A DNA stretch of 64,000 nucleotides, from the sequence record MN018232.1; one strand, given 5' to 3'. The notes beneath the pieces were generated by a model. It worked only from the letters and a program-made list of their open reading frames with translations. It was not told the origin of the DNA and did no database searches. The position numbers and the translations under genes are program-made. This document shows positions 62,960 through 64,000 of this stretch, piece by piece (positions within the stretch are counted from its first letter, which is position 1; every line of letters begins with the position of its first letter).

Positions 62960-63167
62960 GTGGGTAGAAGGATTACATTATACCTTCAACAGAGGGGTCT
63001 CACTAATGTTAATGATACCTCTGAACTTTCAGGACCCTTGGTATGGGTTCTCATGCCTCCTGTCTCCAGGTCACATGGTGGCCACCACAGCCTTCCTTAC
63101 TATACAATGTTGGGTGCTTGACCACACCAACTTTTCTGTCATACCCTATGGAGATGATCAATCTCCA
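62960..63167 (-). ncRNA. Candidate ~200-nt structured RNA between tRNA-Arg and tRNA-Thr
   Basis: Closing helix GGUAUG/CAUACC, CCUG-GAGA-CAGG GNRA hairpin, GUUGG/CCAAC, CAGAGG/CCUCUG and GAAGG/CCUUC stems; no credible ORF. Confidence 0.6.
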
Positions 63168-63168
63168 A

Positions 63169-63242
63169 CGACTCAAGTAGGATTCGAACCTACGACCGAC
63201 TGCTTAGAAGGCAGTTGCTCTATCCAGCTGAGCTATTGAGTC
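63169..63242 (-). tRNA. trnR: tRNA-Arg(TCT)
   Basis: ACTGC-CT-TCT-AA-GCAGT. Confidence 0.95.
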
Positions 63243-63295
63243 AAGTGGTAGTTCCTATCGCCTCTAACCCTGAACTACCAAGGGGATTACAGCAG

Positions 63296-63688
63296 TCAAC
63301 GGAACTGGTTATTACCTGTTCCAGAGTTCCAACCACCTGGACCTTCATGGAAGTTCTCAGAACCTCCTTGTGTCTCTTTGACAGTGTTCCAGTTCTTAGT
63401 CGCCAATTCATACATCTCTTGATGAATGTTTGGTGACTCGACCTGGTGGGTGGTCTCCCTCTCGACCTTCTTATTATGGTCGATCTCCTTCTGTTTGTCA
63501 AGGGCCTTTTTGGTGAGGACTGGTTTTCCAAACCACGGATCCTCAGGAAGAATGACAGGTGCAGGAACAGACCTGAAGGTTGCAATAGGTTTCTTTACCT
63601 TACTGACAACCTTTTTAATAATACCTTCACTTTTAGGAATAAAGATATTATAGATTGATTTGAGTTTAGTCTTAATCTTCTTAATCAT
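63296..63688 (-). CDS. Hypothetical protein
   Basis: ATGA-coupled to the upstream lysozyme-like gene; LPEDPWF and SENFHEGPGGW motifs. Confidence 0.6.
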   Translation of the reverse strand: MIKKIKTKLKSIYNIFIPKSEGIIKKVVSKVKKPIATFRSVPAPVILPEDPWFGKPVLTKKALDKQKEIDHNKKVERETTHQVESPNIHQEMYELATKNWNTVKETQGGSENFHEGPGGWNSGTGNNQFR

Positions 63689-63999
63689 ACCAAAATCATT
63701 CGTTTAGTGTAGTCATATGCATAGTGTTCACGGTATCCCTTGATACCCCAACCCAACCAGTAGTAGGAGGGTACCATGTATTGTCTCACAGTTAGACCAC
63801 CACCTTCGAACTCAGGTAGCACCTTTTGGAACTGGCTCTCGTTCACCATGTAACGAACCTGACAGTCTAGTGCACTCGGGTTACATTTATATTTAGCGGC
63901 AAAGTTTCCGAGACCACGATAACGACCAATAGAAGTCCATTGAATCAGACCATAACCACCAGTATGACACTGGTTATAATTTACTCTTGCACCACCTTC
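63685..63999 (-). CDS. Phage-tail-lysozyme-like muramidase, C-terminal part (partial, not in ORF track)
   Basis: Manual translation ...GGYGLIQWTSIGRY.GL...Q.RYM.NE...YYWLGWGIKGYR; GYGLIQWT is typical of Phage_lysozyme2-type proteins. Confidence 0.75.
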   Translation of the reverse strand, partial: EGGARVNYNQCHTGGYGLIQWTSIGRYRGLGNFAAKYKCNPSALDCQVRYMVNESQFQKVLPEFEGGGLTVRQYMVPSYYWLGWGIKGYREHYAYDYTKRMILV

Positions 64000-64000
64000 A

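Noticed and set aside
61336-63585. Track ORFs 61336-61659, 61361-61600, 62339-62536, 63006-63239, 63215-63436, 63241-63585 and the N-terminal extension of 62591-62941
   Set aside because: They run through tRNA genes or structured RNA and are by-products of those sequences.
63888-63896. CTAAATA late-promoter-like word
   Set aside because: It falls inside the lysozyme-like coding frame (A-K-Y codons) with no nearby downstream start.
1-64000. Photosynthesis or carbon auxiliary genes (psbA, psbD, hli, talC, petE) and an integrase
   Set aside because: None is recognisable in this window; they may lie elsewhere in the genome.

Overview
64 kb segment of a T4-like cyanomyovirus (Kyanoviridae-type; a Synechococcus host is inferred from the tRNA set and gene content). 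Essentially all real genes lie on the minus strand. In gene direction (right to left) the window holds: a partial lysozyme-like gene; a cluster of 10 tRNAs interleaved with small ORFs (including a Phd/YefM-like protein and a 2OG-Fe(II) oxygenase) and structured non-coding RNAs; a short NDP-sugar cluster ending in a truncated epimerase; an early/origin-like region of tiny ORFs, repeated promoter motifs and a lone plus-strand promoter; a GT-A-like, ParB-like and SET-domain trio; then the virion module g25-g6-g7-(g9/g10-like fibre, frameshifted in a 45-bp tandem repeat)-g8-giant DUF4815-type protein-g13-g14-g15-g16-[7 kb insert]-g17-g18-g19-g20-g21-g22-g23, followed by an HNH nuclease and a fibre-like gene. 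The most interesting signals are (1) candidate capsid-targeted internal proteins with a T4 CTS-like N-terminus in the g16-g17 insert, (2) a zincin-like domain inserted in gp7, (3) tRNA-cluster ORFs whose stop codons lie inside tRNA genes, one of them an orphan antitoxin-like gene, (4) two large structured RNAs and (5) -35-in-hairpin promoter/terminator cassettes. All family assignments come from motif recognition by eye; no database search was run.
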